Shown here: one piece after another, positions 10,633 through 20,244 of the stretch
How the letters are laid out: each line of letters opens with the position of its first letter
How positions within the stretch are numbered: the first letter of the stretch is position 1
Source: Bacteroidota bacterium
Lineage (GTDB): Bacteria > Bacteroidota > Bacteroidia > Bacteroidales > GCA-2748055
Direction: 5' to 3'
Assembly: GCA_051746185.1 (NCBI GenBank)
Contig: JBNJEV010000007.1
Coordinates: 26,451 to 90,450 of the forward strand
Length of the DNA: 64,000 nucleotides
Translations under genes and position numbers: made by a program
The notes under the pieces: model-generated
The model's database searches: none
What the model was told of the DNA's origin: nothing
The model's input: the letters and a program-made list of their open reading frames with translations, nothing else

Positions 10633-11382
10633 ATGCTGGAGACATTATTAAAACACAGATCCATCAGGAAATATAAAGACCTTCCGGTTCCGGAAGAGAT
10701 CCTAAGGGAGATCGTGGAAGCCGGTATCCGTGCATCCACTACAGGGAACATGCAGGTCTATTCCGTTATCATCACCACGGAAAACGAAATAAAAAACAGA
10801 CTCGCCCCCTGTCACTTCAACCAGCCCATGGTCACGGAGGCACCGGTAGTCATGACCTTCTGTGCTGATTTCAATCGTTTTAATAAATGGTGCAGGCTGA
10901 ACAAGGCTGTGCCGGGGTATGACAATTTCCTTTCCTTTTTCACTGCCGCCATCGATGCCCTGCTGGTAGCCCAGAATGTATGCGTGGCCGCAGAAGCGCT
11001 CGATCTGGGAATCTGCTACCTGGGAACCACCACCTATACCGCAGGAGATATCATTGATATCCTGAATCTTCCCCGGGGTGTGGTCCCGGTAACCACGCTC
11101 ACTGTGGGATATCCGGACGAGGAACCGGGTCTGACAGACCGGCTGCCTGTGGGAGCGGTGATCCACAGGGAAGTATACAAGGATTATACGGAAGAAGAGA
11201 TCAATGAATATTACGGGGAGAAGGAATTGATCAAAGCATATCAGGAGTTTGTCAAAGAGAACAACAAGGAGACCCTGGCCCAGGTTTTTACCGACGTTCG
11301 CTATAAAAAAGAAGATAACGTTCTGTTTTCAAGGGCATTGTTAGACGTCCTGGACCGGCAGGGGTTTATGAATCATCAATAA
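10633..11382 (+). CDS. Nitroreductase family protein (NfsA-like NADPH-dependent oxidoreductase)
   Basis: 249 aa. N-terminus LLKHRSIRKYKDLPVPEEILREIVEAGIRASTTGNMQ is typical of NfsA/FRP-type nitroreductases. Confidence 0.85.
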   Translation: MLETLLKHRSIRKYKDLPVPEEILREIVEAGIRASTTGNMQVYSVIITTENEIKNRLAPCHFNQPMVTEAPVVMTFCADFNRFNKWCRLNKAVPGYDNFLSFFTAAIDALLVAQNVCVAAEALDLGICYLGTTTYTAGDIIDILNLPRGVVPVTTLTVGYPDEEPGLTDRLPVGAVIHREVYKDYTEEEINEYYGEKELIKAYQEFVKENNKETLAQVFTDVRYKKEDNVLFSRALLDVLDRQGFMNHQ

Positions 11383-11463
11383 AAATGTATTGTTTATAAA
11401 ATTTTTTGTATCACATTGAGTTTTACTGTATATAGTACTGTTTTTTCATATAAATATATATTC

Positions 11464-11471
11464 TATATTTG
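11464..11471 (+). promoter_or_regulatory. Putative sigma-A -7 box (TAnnTTTG)
   Basis: TATATTTG, 29 nt upstream of the ATG at 11500, in AT-rich context. Confidence 0.4.
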
Positions 11472-11499
11472 TAACCGTAGGGATTAAAAAATTATCGCC

Positions 11500-11625
11500 A
11501 TGAAAAGAGCAGCCATCCTCATCGTCGCCTTATTTGCCGCAGGGCTGATCCTGAGTTCCTGTAACAAGGAGGTCTGTCCGGCTTACAGCCAGGTTGACAC
11601 CGAGCAAACTGATCATAACGGATAA
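11500..11625 (+). CDS. 41-aa micro-lipoprotein (below the ORF-track length cutoff)
   Basis: My translation: MKRAAILIVALFAAGLILSSCNKEVCPAYSQVDTEQTDHNG*. It has a signal peptide plus lipobox LSSC and is flanked by its own -7 box and a strong terminator. Confidence 0.5.
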   Translation: MKRAAILIVALFAAGLILSSCNKEVCPAYSQVDTEQTDHNG

Positions 11626-11657
11626 TCCACCATACAGCATATTGTCCCAATCCATGA

Positions 11658-11688
11658 AGATTTACCCGAGGGTAGATCTTTTTTTTTA
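11658..11688 (+). terminator. Rho-independent terminator
   Basis: AGATTTACC-CGAG-GGTAGATCT (9-bp stem with one G-U pair) followed by T9. Confidence 0.65.
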
Positions 11689-11719
11689 TTGTCCATCAAC
11701 ATTCCCTGATCTTGTTCGT

Positions 11720-11727
11720 TATCTTTG
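11720..11727 (+). promoter_or_regulatory. Putative sigma-A -7 box (TAnnTTTG)
   Basis: TATCTTTG, 25 nt upstream of the ATG at 11752. Confidence 0.4.
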
Positions 11728-11751
11728 TAACCAGCATTATATTGCAGGCCG

Positions 11752-12591
11752 ATGTTTATGAAAAGAGTCCTCATACTGCCTTTTTTGATCTGTGCAGCCC
11801 TACTTTCCCTGAAAGCCCAGGGAGAAATTGATGATCAGCAGAGGGTCATGTTCCGGGATGAAAGTTCTTTCGGAGGATTTCTGAATTCCAATGGATTTGG
11901 GGTCAATTACAGGTATGGATTCTGGAGGAACGCCAGGAATCAGTTCATCCTGGACGGGGACCTGTCCTACGTGAAGCATCCCAAGGAAGTAAAGGTCCAG
12001 GCATATTACAGTTACAATACCCGGCGGTATGTCTTCGGCAAGAAGAACCTTTTCTGGGAACTGAAAGGAATGGCAGGCTGGCAAAGGGAGCTTTATCGTA
12101 AACGGGACCGCACCGGGATCGCGGTAAGGATGTTTTACAGCGGAGGCCTCTCACTTGGTTTTCTCAAACCTATCTATTACCAGGTCTATACATTTTCTGA
12201 TATCGGACAGGCCGAAAGTTATGAATACATGAAATTCGACCTCTCGATCCACCAGACGAATATCGGCGGCAGAGGGCCTTTTTTCATGGGATTCGACGAG
12301 CTGAGTCTCATCCCGGGATTAACCGCCAAGGCCGGCATGAGTTTCGAGTACAGTGAACGGGACATCATTATCCATGCGCTGGAAGCCGGTGTGGGGATCA
12401 CCGCGTATCCCCGCCAGGTCCCGATCATGGCTACAGAAAAAAACAATTTCCTTTTTTTCAACCTGTATGTAGGCTACCGTTTCGGAACTGTCATTGACAT
12501 CAGCGAGGCGGCAAGGGCCAGGTCATGGAGGGAAAAAAGGGAAGAGAAGAGGGAGGAAAGATCCACATTGCCCCAGCAGCCTGTGTACTGA
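11752..12591 (+). CDS. Hypothetical outer-membrane (beta-barrel-like) protein
   Basis: 279 aa. Signal peptide MFMKRVLILPFLICAALLSLKAQG, alternating aromatic/small residue pattern, YVGYRFG near the end, then a charged REKREEKREER tail. Confidence 0.55.
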   Translation: MFMKRVLILPFLICAALLSLKAQGEIDDQQRVMFRDESSFGGFLNSNGFGVNYRYGFWRNARNQFILDGDLSYVKHPKEVKVQAYYSYNTRRYVFGKKNLFWELKGMAGWQRELYRKRDRTGIAVRMFYSGGLSLGFLKPIYYQVYTFSDIGQAESYEYMKFDLSIHQTNIGGRGPFFMGFDELSLIPGLTAKAGMSFEYSERDIIIHALEAGVGITAYPRQVPIMATEKNNFLFFNLYVGYRFGTVIDISEAARARSWREKREEKREERSTLPQQPVY

Positions 12592-12668
12592 TTCTCTGAC
12601 AGTCCGGGCGAACGTCTCATCTGTCCAATTTTCCCGGTATACCTGTTTGAGGATTTGAGATATTTCTT

Positions 12669-13745
<1,077 letters not shown>

Positions 13746-13782
13746 TCCGCGGCTGCATTCCGAAAGTAATACAACCATCATC

Positions 13783-13812
13783 AAAAAGGTGCTTCCCCGA
13801 GCACCTTTTTTT
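13783..13812 (+). terminator. Rho-independent terminator of gap
   Basis: AAAAAGGTGCT-TCCCCG-AGCACCTTTTT, a perfect 11-bp stem followed by a T-run. Confidence 0.8.
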
Positions 13813-14024
13813 GTATGCAGTTCCCACCTGCAATACCTGCGGGCTCGATCCGCCAAAGACAGCCACCTGCAGGAAGATCAGTTTCTACATGGAAAAAATG
13901 TACAGGGATATGTCAATGAAAGGCCTTCAATATTCACCCAATGAAGATTTCCAGCCATGGTTGAAATATCCCGGTCAGCATCTGGGCGAAAGGAATATCA
14001 TAGTTGCGACCGGCAAACAGGATG

Positions 14025-14049
14025 AAAGGATTGCGGGGGAGGGACCATA
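14025..14049 (+). repeat. Solitary copy of the GGATTGCGG...GGGAC repeat family
   Basis: AAAGGATTGCGGGGGAGGGACCATA resembles the units at 14318-14578. It sits on the far side of an AT-rich island (about 14090-14310). Confidence 0.5.
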
Positions 14050-14317
14050 CCTCTGATGAGAGATTCCCGGATGGTTTTTTGACCAGTATCCCATTTCGCG
14101 AAAATCAGACTTAATAAAGTGATTAATAACTAAGAATTTTATTAATTCGTTGTTTTCTGGAATTTTCTTTTATGGTAAGCTAACATTCTCATTTATAATT
14201 ATATGCAAAGCCCGTAAAAACGAGATGAAGTTTTGAAAAACTAATAGAATTAAGAAGAATTAAGAAAATTGTTAAGTGCCAAAATGCCAAAATGACTATA
14301 CCGGAATTTTCACCTGA

Positions 14318-14502
14318 GTGAAGGGATCGTAGCAGAGCGACACAACATCACCCGGGTGGAGGAATTGCGAGGGAGGGAGCTTTTTTCCCTGGTGAAGGGA
14401 TTGCGAAGGAGAGACACGACATCGCCCAAGTGGAGGGATTGCGGAGGAGGGACACTATGTCGCGTGCGTGAAGGGATTGCGGAGGAGGGACACTATGTCG
14501 CG
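14318..14502 (+). repeat. Tandem array of five ~37-38-nt units, with no spacers
   Basis: Units start at about 14318, 14354, 14391, 14429 and 14468. The perfect 31-nt core AGGGATTGCGGAGGAGGGACACTATGTCGCG occurs at 14434-14464 and 14472-14502. Upstream units are progressively degenerate. Confidence 0.75.
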
Positions 14503-14516
14503 GACCGCAGGGAGCG

Positions 14517-14578
14517 ACATGGTCCCGACCCGCAATCCCGGAACAAAGTTACATGGTCCCGACCCGCAATCCCGGAAC
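14517..14578 (-). repeat. Two perfect 28-nt copies of the inverted form of the same unit
   Basis: ACATGGTCCCGACCCGCAATCCCGGAAC at 14517-14544 and 14551-14578. The reverse complement, GTTCCGGGATTGCGGGTCGGGACCATGT, aligns to the forward units and forms long imperfect hairpins with units 5 and 4. Confidence 0.75.
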
Positions 14579-14611
14579 GACACAGTTACAGCAATCGTTC
14601 AGGACCGGTTC

Positions 14612-14989
14612 TCAGTAGAATTCGATATGCTCAAAAGGAAGCTGGACAGTCTGTTCATAATGCTGACCCAGTTCCTGAATGGATTCATCACCCTCCTCGT
14701 AATACCATTTGATCTGCACATTTTTCCCGGCTTCGTGGTTCATTTTCATGATCCTCAACAATTCAAGCATATATTTGGAAGAGCCGCTGTTGATATATTC
14801 CAGCCTGATGGTCATGACGGTTGTTTCGGCCGGACGGAGGAAGTATTCATTGATCCAGTCGATCAGTTGCTCGAAGAACTCGCCGGGATCTTCCGGAATG
14901 GACCGGCCTTCCATTGAAAGCTCACCCGTATCCGCAATAAACTCCACTTCGGGCGAATTGAAAGTTTTTTTCAAATAAAGGTCTTCCAT
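14612..14989 (-). CDS. DUF1987 domain protein (SiaC-like partner-switch phosphoprotein family)
   Basis: 125 aa. SPEVEFIADTGELSMEGRSIPEDPGEFFEQLIDWINEY and IKWYYEEGDE match the DUF1987 pattern. Confidence 0.8.
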   Translation of the reverse strand: MEDLYLKKTFNSPEVEFIADTGELSMEGRSIPEDPGEFFEQLIDWINEYFLRPAETTVMTIRLEYINSGSSKYMLELLRIMKMNHEAGKNVQIKWYYEEGDESIQELGQHYEQTVQLPFEHIEFY

Positions 14990-15004
14990 ACAAAGACAGT
15001 TTGT

Positions 15005-16249
15005 TTACTCATACCGCAACGCCAGGATCGGATCGAGACGGGATGCTTTCACCGCCGGAAAATAACCTGAAACCACCCCGACTCCGAAACACAGAACGAT
15101 CCCCAGGATGATCCATTTCCATGGAACGATAAAACTGGAACCGATCGCTAAAGATACACCATTTCCGATGATTATTCCTAACAAAATTCCAACAACCGCC
15201 CCCAGTTGCCCGATCACAACGGCCTCATAGAGGAACTGGCGTCTGATCATCACTGACTTAGCTCCAAGGGCCTTCCTGGTCCCGATCTCCTTGGTCCGCT
15301 CGGTCACCGATACAAGCATGATATTCATCAGGCCGATCACTGCACCTGCCAGGGTGATCAGGCCGATGATCGTTGCAGCCAGGGTCACATATTTCATGTT
15401 CTCGATCAGCATCTGGGCAAGCTGGTCGCTTTTGGTAATGTTGAAATCACTTTCATCCCTGGCCTCCAGATTTCTGACCAGCCTGAAAACCCCTTCTGCC
15501 TCGGAGGCAGAAATGTCAAGCATCTCGGGCTGATAGGGCATCACGTTGATGGAGTATTGCATCTGGGGCCTGGAGAAGTATTGCCTCACATTGGTATAGG
15601 GAATAATACAGACACGGTCGGTCCCGAAACCACCCGACTGGCCTCTCCCCTTCAGTACACCGATCACCCTGTACCGGCCATTGCCCACCGAGATAAACCG
15701 GTTGATGGGATCCACATTATCCCCGAAGACCTGATCGGCCACATCATCCCCGATAATGACCACGTTGCGGTTGTTCTCGATATCGGTAATCGAAAAGTTC
15801 CTTCCCTGTTCGATCTCATAACCTGCGGTATAGATGTAGTTCTCATCTGCACCCAGGACAGAAGTATTGGGATTTGACTTATAGGACCTGTACTTGACTA
15901 TGGCCGTACTCGAAGCCCTGGTGAAAACGGATACCCTGGCAGGAAACCGGAACCTCTGTTTGAACTCCTCCGCCTCCCGGTAGGAGATAAACTCATAATT
16001 CTTCCTCCGGTAACGCTGGTTGCCGATCTGCACACGCATGCTCCTCGATTCAATGGTAAAGGTATTGGCGCCCATTATACTAAACGATTCAGTGAGGCTG
16101 TTCTTGATGGAATCAATGGCGGTAAGGATCCCTACCAGGGCCATGATCCCGAAAGCAATGATAAATACGGTAAGGATGGTCCTCAGCAGATTCGTGCGAA
16201 TGGATTTCAGAGCGATCCTGATGTTTTCAATGAAAAAGCCGAAGTGCAT
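15005..16249 (-). CDS. ABC transporter permease, MacB/FtsX type
   Basis: 414 aa. N-terminal TM, large periplasmic MacB_PCD-like domain, C-terminal FtsX 3-TM module (TERTKEIGTRKALGA). No ATPase gene is adjacent. Confidence 0.85.
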   Translation of the reverse strand: MHFGFFIENIRIALKSIRTNLLRTILTVFIIAFGIMALVGILTAIDSIKNSLTESFSIMGANTFTIESRSMRVQIGNQRYRRKNYEFISYREAEEFKQRFRFPARVSVFTRASSTAIVKYRSYKSNPNTSVLGADENYIYTAGYEIEQGRNFSITDIENNRNVVIIGDDVADQVFGDNVDPINRFISVGNGRYRVIGVLKGRGQSGGFGTDRVCIIPYTNVRQYFSRPQMQYSINVMPYQPEMLDISASEAEGVFRLVRNLEARDESDFNITKSDQLAQMLIENMKYVTLAATIIGLITLAGAVIGLMNIMLVSVTERTKEIGTRKALGAKSVMIRRQFLYEAVVIGQLGAVVGILLGIIIGNGVSLAIGSSFIVPWKWIILGIVLCFGVGVVSGYFPAVKASRLDPILALRYE

Positions 16250-16335
16250 GTACAGTAAGATTCTATGGTGGGTAAAAATAACAAATTCTGAACAATCTTA
16301 TCATTTATACGTCTCGCTTAAGAATCATTTTCACA

Positions 16336-16343
16336 TATATTTG
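16336..16343 (+). promoter_or_regulatory. Putative sigma-A -7 box (TAnnTTTG)
   Basis: TATATTTG, 14 nt upstream of the aconitase ATG. This would give a very short leader. Confidence 0.3.
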
Positions 16344-16356
16344 CATTAATTTCCGG

Positions 16357-18627
16357 ATGGATATGGCATTTGACTTTGACATCATCAAACAAACCTATAA
16401 GACTATTCCTCAGCGCGTGAGCCTGATACGCGAAAAGCTGCAGCGTCCGCTCACATGTACCGAGAAAATATTATATACACATCTTGCTGATAATGAGAAC
16501 CTGAAACCGCTCCGGCACGGGGTCGATTACGTGGATTTTCGACCTGACCGCGTCGCCATGCAGGATGCCACGGCGCAGATGGCCCTGCTGCAGTTCATGC
16601 AGGCAGGCAAATCAAGGGTGGAGGTTCCTTCCACAGTCCACTGCGACCATCTGATCCAGGCCCGGGTGGGTGCCAGGGAAGATTTGAAGGTCTCCATTGA
16701 GAACAACCGGGAAGTATTTGATTTCCTGGAAACTGTTTCCAGCAAATACGGCATCGGATTCTGGAAACCGGGTGCGGGGATCATCCACCAGGTGGTTCTT
16801 GAGAATTATGCCTTCCCCGGAGGAATGATGATCGGAACGGATTCCCATACGGTCAATGCGGGCGGACTGGGCATGGTGGCCATCGGGGTCGGAGGTGCCG
16901 ATGCGGTGGATGTGATGGCCGGGATGCCCTGGGAGCTGAAGTTCCCGAGGCAGGTGGGTGTGAAGCTCACCGGGAGACTGAATGGATGGACTTCCGCCAA
17001 GGATGTGATCCTGAAAGTGGCGGGAATCCTCTCGGTGAAAGGGGGAACAGGCAAGATCCTGGAATATTTCGGAAAAGGTGCCGAATCCATCTCAAGCACC
17101 GGCAAAGGCACCATCTGCAATATGGGAGCCGAAATCGGAGCCACCACTTCCCTGTTCGGATATGACCGTAAAATGCGTCAGTACCTCATTGGGACCGATC
17201 GTGCCGATGTGGCTGCCGGGGCGGACAAAATTGCCGGATACCTCACCGGTGATCCCGAGGTCTATGCCGATCCGGAAAAATATTTTGATGAGGTGATCGA
17301 GATCGATCTTTCCACCCTGGAACCACACATAAACGGTCCGTTCAGTCCGGACAAAGCCTGGCCCCTCTCAAAATTCGCGGAGGTGGTGAAGGCGAACAGG
17401 TATCCTCGGGAACTGGAGGTGGGTTTGATCGGATCCTGCACGAATTCATCCTACGAAGACATTACCCGTGCAGCCTCGGTAGCGAGACAGGCACTGGGGC
17501 AGGGATTGAAGGTCGCTTCTGAATTCACGGTAACACCCGGTTCCGAACAGGTGAGGTATACCGTGGAACGGGACGGATTGCTGCAGGTTTTCGAGGAGAT
17601 CGGCGGAGTGGTGCTGGCCAATGCATGCGGGCCCTGCATCGGTCAGTGGGACAGACATAACGCTGACAAACAGGAGAAAAACTCCATCATCACCTCCTTC
17701 AACAGGAATTTTGCCAAAAGGAATGACGGCAATCCCAATACCCATGCATTTGTTGCCTCACCGGAGATCGTGACCGCCATGGCCATCGCCGGCGATCTGA
17801 CCTTCAATCCCATGACCGATACCCTGGTCAATGATAAGGGCCAGAAGGTAAAACTCCAGGAACCCCGGGGGGTGGAATTGCCGGTGAAAGGATTTGCCGT
17901 AAAGGAAAACGGATATCAGCCACCTGCCAGGGATGGTTCTGAAATTGAAGTGGCCATTGATCCCCGCTCGGACCGACTGCAAGTGCTCACTCCTTTTGAA
18001 CCCTGGGACGGGGAAGAAATGACCGGATTGAAACTGCTGATCAAGGTGAAGGGAAAATGCACCACCGATCACATTTCCATGGCAGGACCCTGGCTTCGCT
18101 ACCGGGGCCACCTGGACAACATCTCGAACAATCTGCTCATGGGAGCGGTGAATGCTGCCAGTAACAAAACCAATTCGGTGCTGAACCAGCTTACCGGGGA
18201 ATATGGACCGGTACCGCAGGTGGCCAGGGAATACAAGTCCAAAGGGATCGGTACCATCGTGGTGGGAGATGAGAATTACGGGGAAGGATCTTCCCGGGAA
18301 CATGCGGCCATGGAACCCAGGCATCTGGGGGTCAGGGTCGTGCTGGTAAAATCATTTGCCAGGATCCACGAAACCAACCTGAAGAAACAGGGCATGCTCG
18401 CACTTACTTTCAGGAAGGGAAAAGATTACGACCTGATACGCGAAGATGACACCATTGATGTGCTGGGACTGAAACAGATGGAACCGGGAAAACCCCTGGA
18501 GGTGATACTGCACCATTCAGACGGTACCACGGATACTTTTCCGGCCGACCATTCGTTCAATGAAAACCAGATCAAATGGTTCAGGGCCGGATCGGCACTG
18601 AATCTGATCAGGAAGGAAAACAAATAA
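16357..18627 (+). CDS. acn: Aconitate hydratase (about 755-aa mitochondrial-type aconitase)
   Basis: 756 aa. Fe-S ligand contexts IGTDSHT, GSCTNSS and [10 protein letters not shown], plus a swivel domain. Confidence 0.95.
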   Translation: MDMAFDFDIIKQTYKTIPQRVSLIREKLQRPLTCTEKILYTHLADNENLKPLRHGVDYVDFRPDRVAMQDATAQMALLQFMQAGKSRVEVPSTVHCDHLIQARVGAREDLKVSIENNREVFDFLETVSSKYGIGFWKPGAGIIHQVVLENYAFPGGMMIGTDSHTVNAGGLGMVAIGVGGADAVDVMAGMPWELKFPRQVGVKLTGRLNGWTSAKDVILKVAGILSVKGGTGKILEYFGKGAESISSTGKGTICNMGAEIGATTSLFGYDRKMRQYLIGTDRADVAAGADKIAGYLTGDPEVYADPEKYFDEVIEIDLSTLEPHINGPFSPDKAWPLSKFAEVVKANRYPRELEVGLIGSCTNSSYEDITRAASVARQALGQGLKVASEFTVTPGSEQVRYTVERDGLLQVFEEIGGVVLANACGPCIGQWDRHNADKQEKNSIITSFNRNFAKRNDGNPNTHAFVASPEIVTAMAIAGDLTFNPMTDTLVNDKGQKVKLQEPRGVELPVKGFAVKENGYQPPARDGSEIEVAIDPRSDRLQVLTPFEPWDGEEMTGLKLLIKVKGKCTTDHISMAGPWLRYRGHLDNISNNLLMGAVNAASNKTNSVLNQLTGEYGPVPQVAREYKSKGIGTIVVGDENYGEGSSREHAAMEPRHLGVRVVLVKSFARIHETNLKKQGMLALTFRKGKDYDLIREDDTIDVLGLKQMEPGKPLEVILHHSDGTTDTFPADHSFNENQIKWFRAGSALNLIRKENK

Positions 18628-18631
18628 CCGA

Positions 18632-19708
18632 TTGCATTCCCTTTCATCGATAGAGACTTTCTCCACCCTGGGGAAATTCCTCCGCCAATTTGTTGAGAAC
18701 AGGAGGAATGACAGCAATGGAATGGGACTGCTGAATGAAAAACATCACGACCCTTTCAGGGAGCTGATCCAAAAAGAGCATATCTACAATCCCTGGTTCA
18801 CAGAGGAGTATGTGATCAAAGCCATTGAGGGGATTGCCGGTATGCTTCACCCGGACGTGCTGACCCGGTGGATGGAACCCTACTCCGGGTCACTGGAACA
18901 TGCGGCAGGGCCAAGGACAGTGGGACTGGTCATGGCCGGAAATATTCCCATGGTAGGTTTTCATGATTTCATGAGTGTACTGATCACCGGGCACCGGGTG
19001 CTTGCCAAACCTTCTTCCAAAGACAACCGGCTGATCAAATCCGTTGCCCGTGTGCTGGCGGACATTGATCCTGCCATGGGTGACCGGATCCGGTTCACCG
19101 ATGAATACCTCAGGGAGGTGGATGCGGTCATTGCCACCGGCAGCGACAATACCGCCCGATATTTCGATTATTATTTCAGGGACCGGCCCCATATCATCCG
19201 GCGGAACCGGAGCGGGGTGGCCGTTCTGACCGGCAATGAAAGCTTGGAAGATCTGAAGAGCCTGGGAGAGGATATTTTTACGTTTTTCGGTCTGGGTTGC
19301 AGGAACGTGACCAAGCTATATCTTCCTGATTCATATGACATCACCACCCTGATGGAAGCCCTGGAGTCATTCGGTTACCTTTATCATCACCACAAGTACG
19401 GGAACAACGTGGATTATTACCGCACCATCTTTCTGATGAACAGGATCCGTTTCTTCGACAACGGGGTCCTGCTGGTGAAAGAGGATCACAACATTGCCGG
19501 CCCGGTGGGCGTTGTGTATTATGAAAGGTATTCTGATTTAGGTAAATTGCATCATATCCTGGTATCCCGGTCCGGTGAGATCCAGTGCTGTGTTTCCACA
19601 GACCCTGATCTGCGGGGTGCCATCCCGCCGGGGACCTCACAGAAGCCTTTGCCCTGGGATTATGCCGATGGGATTGACACGATCAGGTTTCTAACTGAAT
19701 TGAATTGA
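18632..19708 (+). CDS. LuxC-like acyl-CoA reductase family protein
   Basis: 358 aa. The pattern is typical of Bacteroidota acyl-CoA reductases (GNIPMVGFHDF..., ATGSDNTARYFDYYF). The first codon at 18632 is TTG and the nearest ATG is 30 codons in, so the start is uncertain. Confidence 0.7.
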   Translation: MHSLSSIETFSTLGKFLRQFVENRRNDSNGMGLLNEKHHDPFRELIQKEHIYNPWFTEEYVIKAIEGIAGMLHPDVLTRWMEPYSGSLEHAAGPRTVGLVMAGNIPMVGFHDFMSVLITGHRVLAKPSSKDNRLIKSVARVLADIDPAMGDRIRFTDEYLREVDAVIATGSDNTARYFDYYFRDRPHIIRRNRSGVAVLTGNESLEDLKSLGEDIFTFFGLGCRNVTKLYLPDSYDITTLMEALESFGYLYHHHKYGNNVDYYRTIFLMNRIRFFDNGVLLVKEDHNIAGPVGVVYYERYSDLGKLHHILVSRSGEIQCCVSTDPDLRGAIPPGTSQKPLPWDYADGIDTIRFLTELN

Positions 19709-19709
19709 T

Positions 19710-20243
19710 ATGATCTTTCTCTTTCGTATGGTCAGCGATGAAAACCAGGATTTTCTCCGCGATGTGATCACCAGCGGTACGGACACATTTCTGGACTTTC
19801 ATCACTGTATCCAGGAGAACCTGAACTATGATCCCTCCCAGCTGGCTTCATTTTTCATCACCAATGAGAACTGGGAAAAACAGAAGGAGATCACCCTGAT
19901 CGACATAACGGAGGATACGGCTTTCGACACCGAGACCATGGACCGGGCAGTGATCGGGGAAACCGTATCTGAGGTGAATGACCGCATGATCTATGTGTTC
20001 GATTTCTTTTCGGAAAGGGCGTTTTTTATCGAGCTCATTGAGAAATCGGATCAAAAGACCGGTAAAAAAACACCCTTTGTGGCCCATGCACAGGGACAGG
20101 CCCCCCAGCAACTGGCCATGGATATAATGGATGACGAGGAAGCTGCCGGGATGGATCAGGAGTTCGATGAGAAGGATGAAGACCGGGACGACCTCTGGCT
20201 GGATGACATTGATCCCGATTCGCTGGATCCTGACGACTTTTAG
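19710..20243 (+). CDS. Conserved hypothetical protein with acidic C-terminal tail (possibly a pRiA4b ORF-3-like fold)
   Basis: 177 aa. N-terminal FRMVSDENQDFLRDVITSGTDTFLDFHHCIQENLNYD resembles that family. The C-terminus is about 50% Asp/Glu. Confidence 0.5.
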   Translation: MIFLFRMVSDENQDFLRDVITSGTDTFLDFHHCIQENLNYDPSQLASFFITNENWEKQKEITLIDITEDTAFDTETMDRAVIGETVSEVNDRMIYVFDFFSERAFFIELIEKSDQKTGKKTPFVAHAQGQAPQQLAMDIMDDEEAAGMDQEFDEKDEDRDDLWLDDIDPDSLDPDDF

Positions 20244-20244
20244 T

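Noticed and set aside
13811-14056. An 81-aa ORF downstream of gap, and a minus-strand stretch reading PFILFAGRNYDIPFAQMLTGIFQPWLEIFIG that looks protein-like.
   Set aside because: The plus-strand ORF starts inside the gap terminator and has no recognisable features. The minus-strand frame has no start codon and is bounded by a stop immediately upstream. At best it is an unidentifiable gene remnant.
14318-14578. Possible CRISPR array, because of regularly spaced ~37-nt repeats next to an AT-rich leader-like stretch.
   Set aside because: The units are contiguous, with no unique spacers between them. They degenerate gradually and flip orientation at 14503-14517. No cas genes are present in the window.
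14356-14917. Track ORFs 14356-14712 (118 aa) and 14468-14917 (149 aa).
   Set aside because: Their N-terminal parts only translate the tandem repeat (KGLRRRDT reiterated), and their 3' parts are antisense to the well-supported DUF1987 gene.
20131-20244. N-terminal extensions of track ORFs. Examples: 20131 for miaA, 1923 for the lipoprotein, 30632 for tsaC, 36232 for the DHOD-like gene, 53977 and 56154 in the SurA cluster, and 10577, 34208, 38112, 44275 and 48677 on the minus strand.
   Set aside because: The extensions overlap the preceding gene or intergenic sequence and lack homology-like features. Internal ATGs give canonical N-termini (P-loop, signal peptides, Rossmann motifs).
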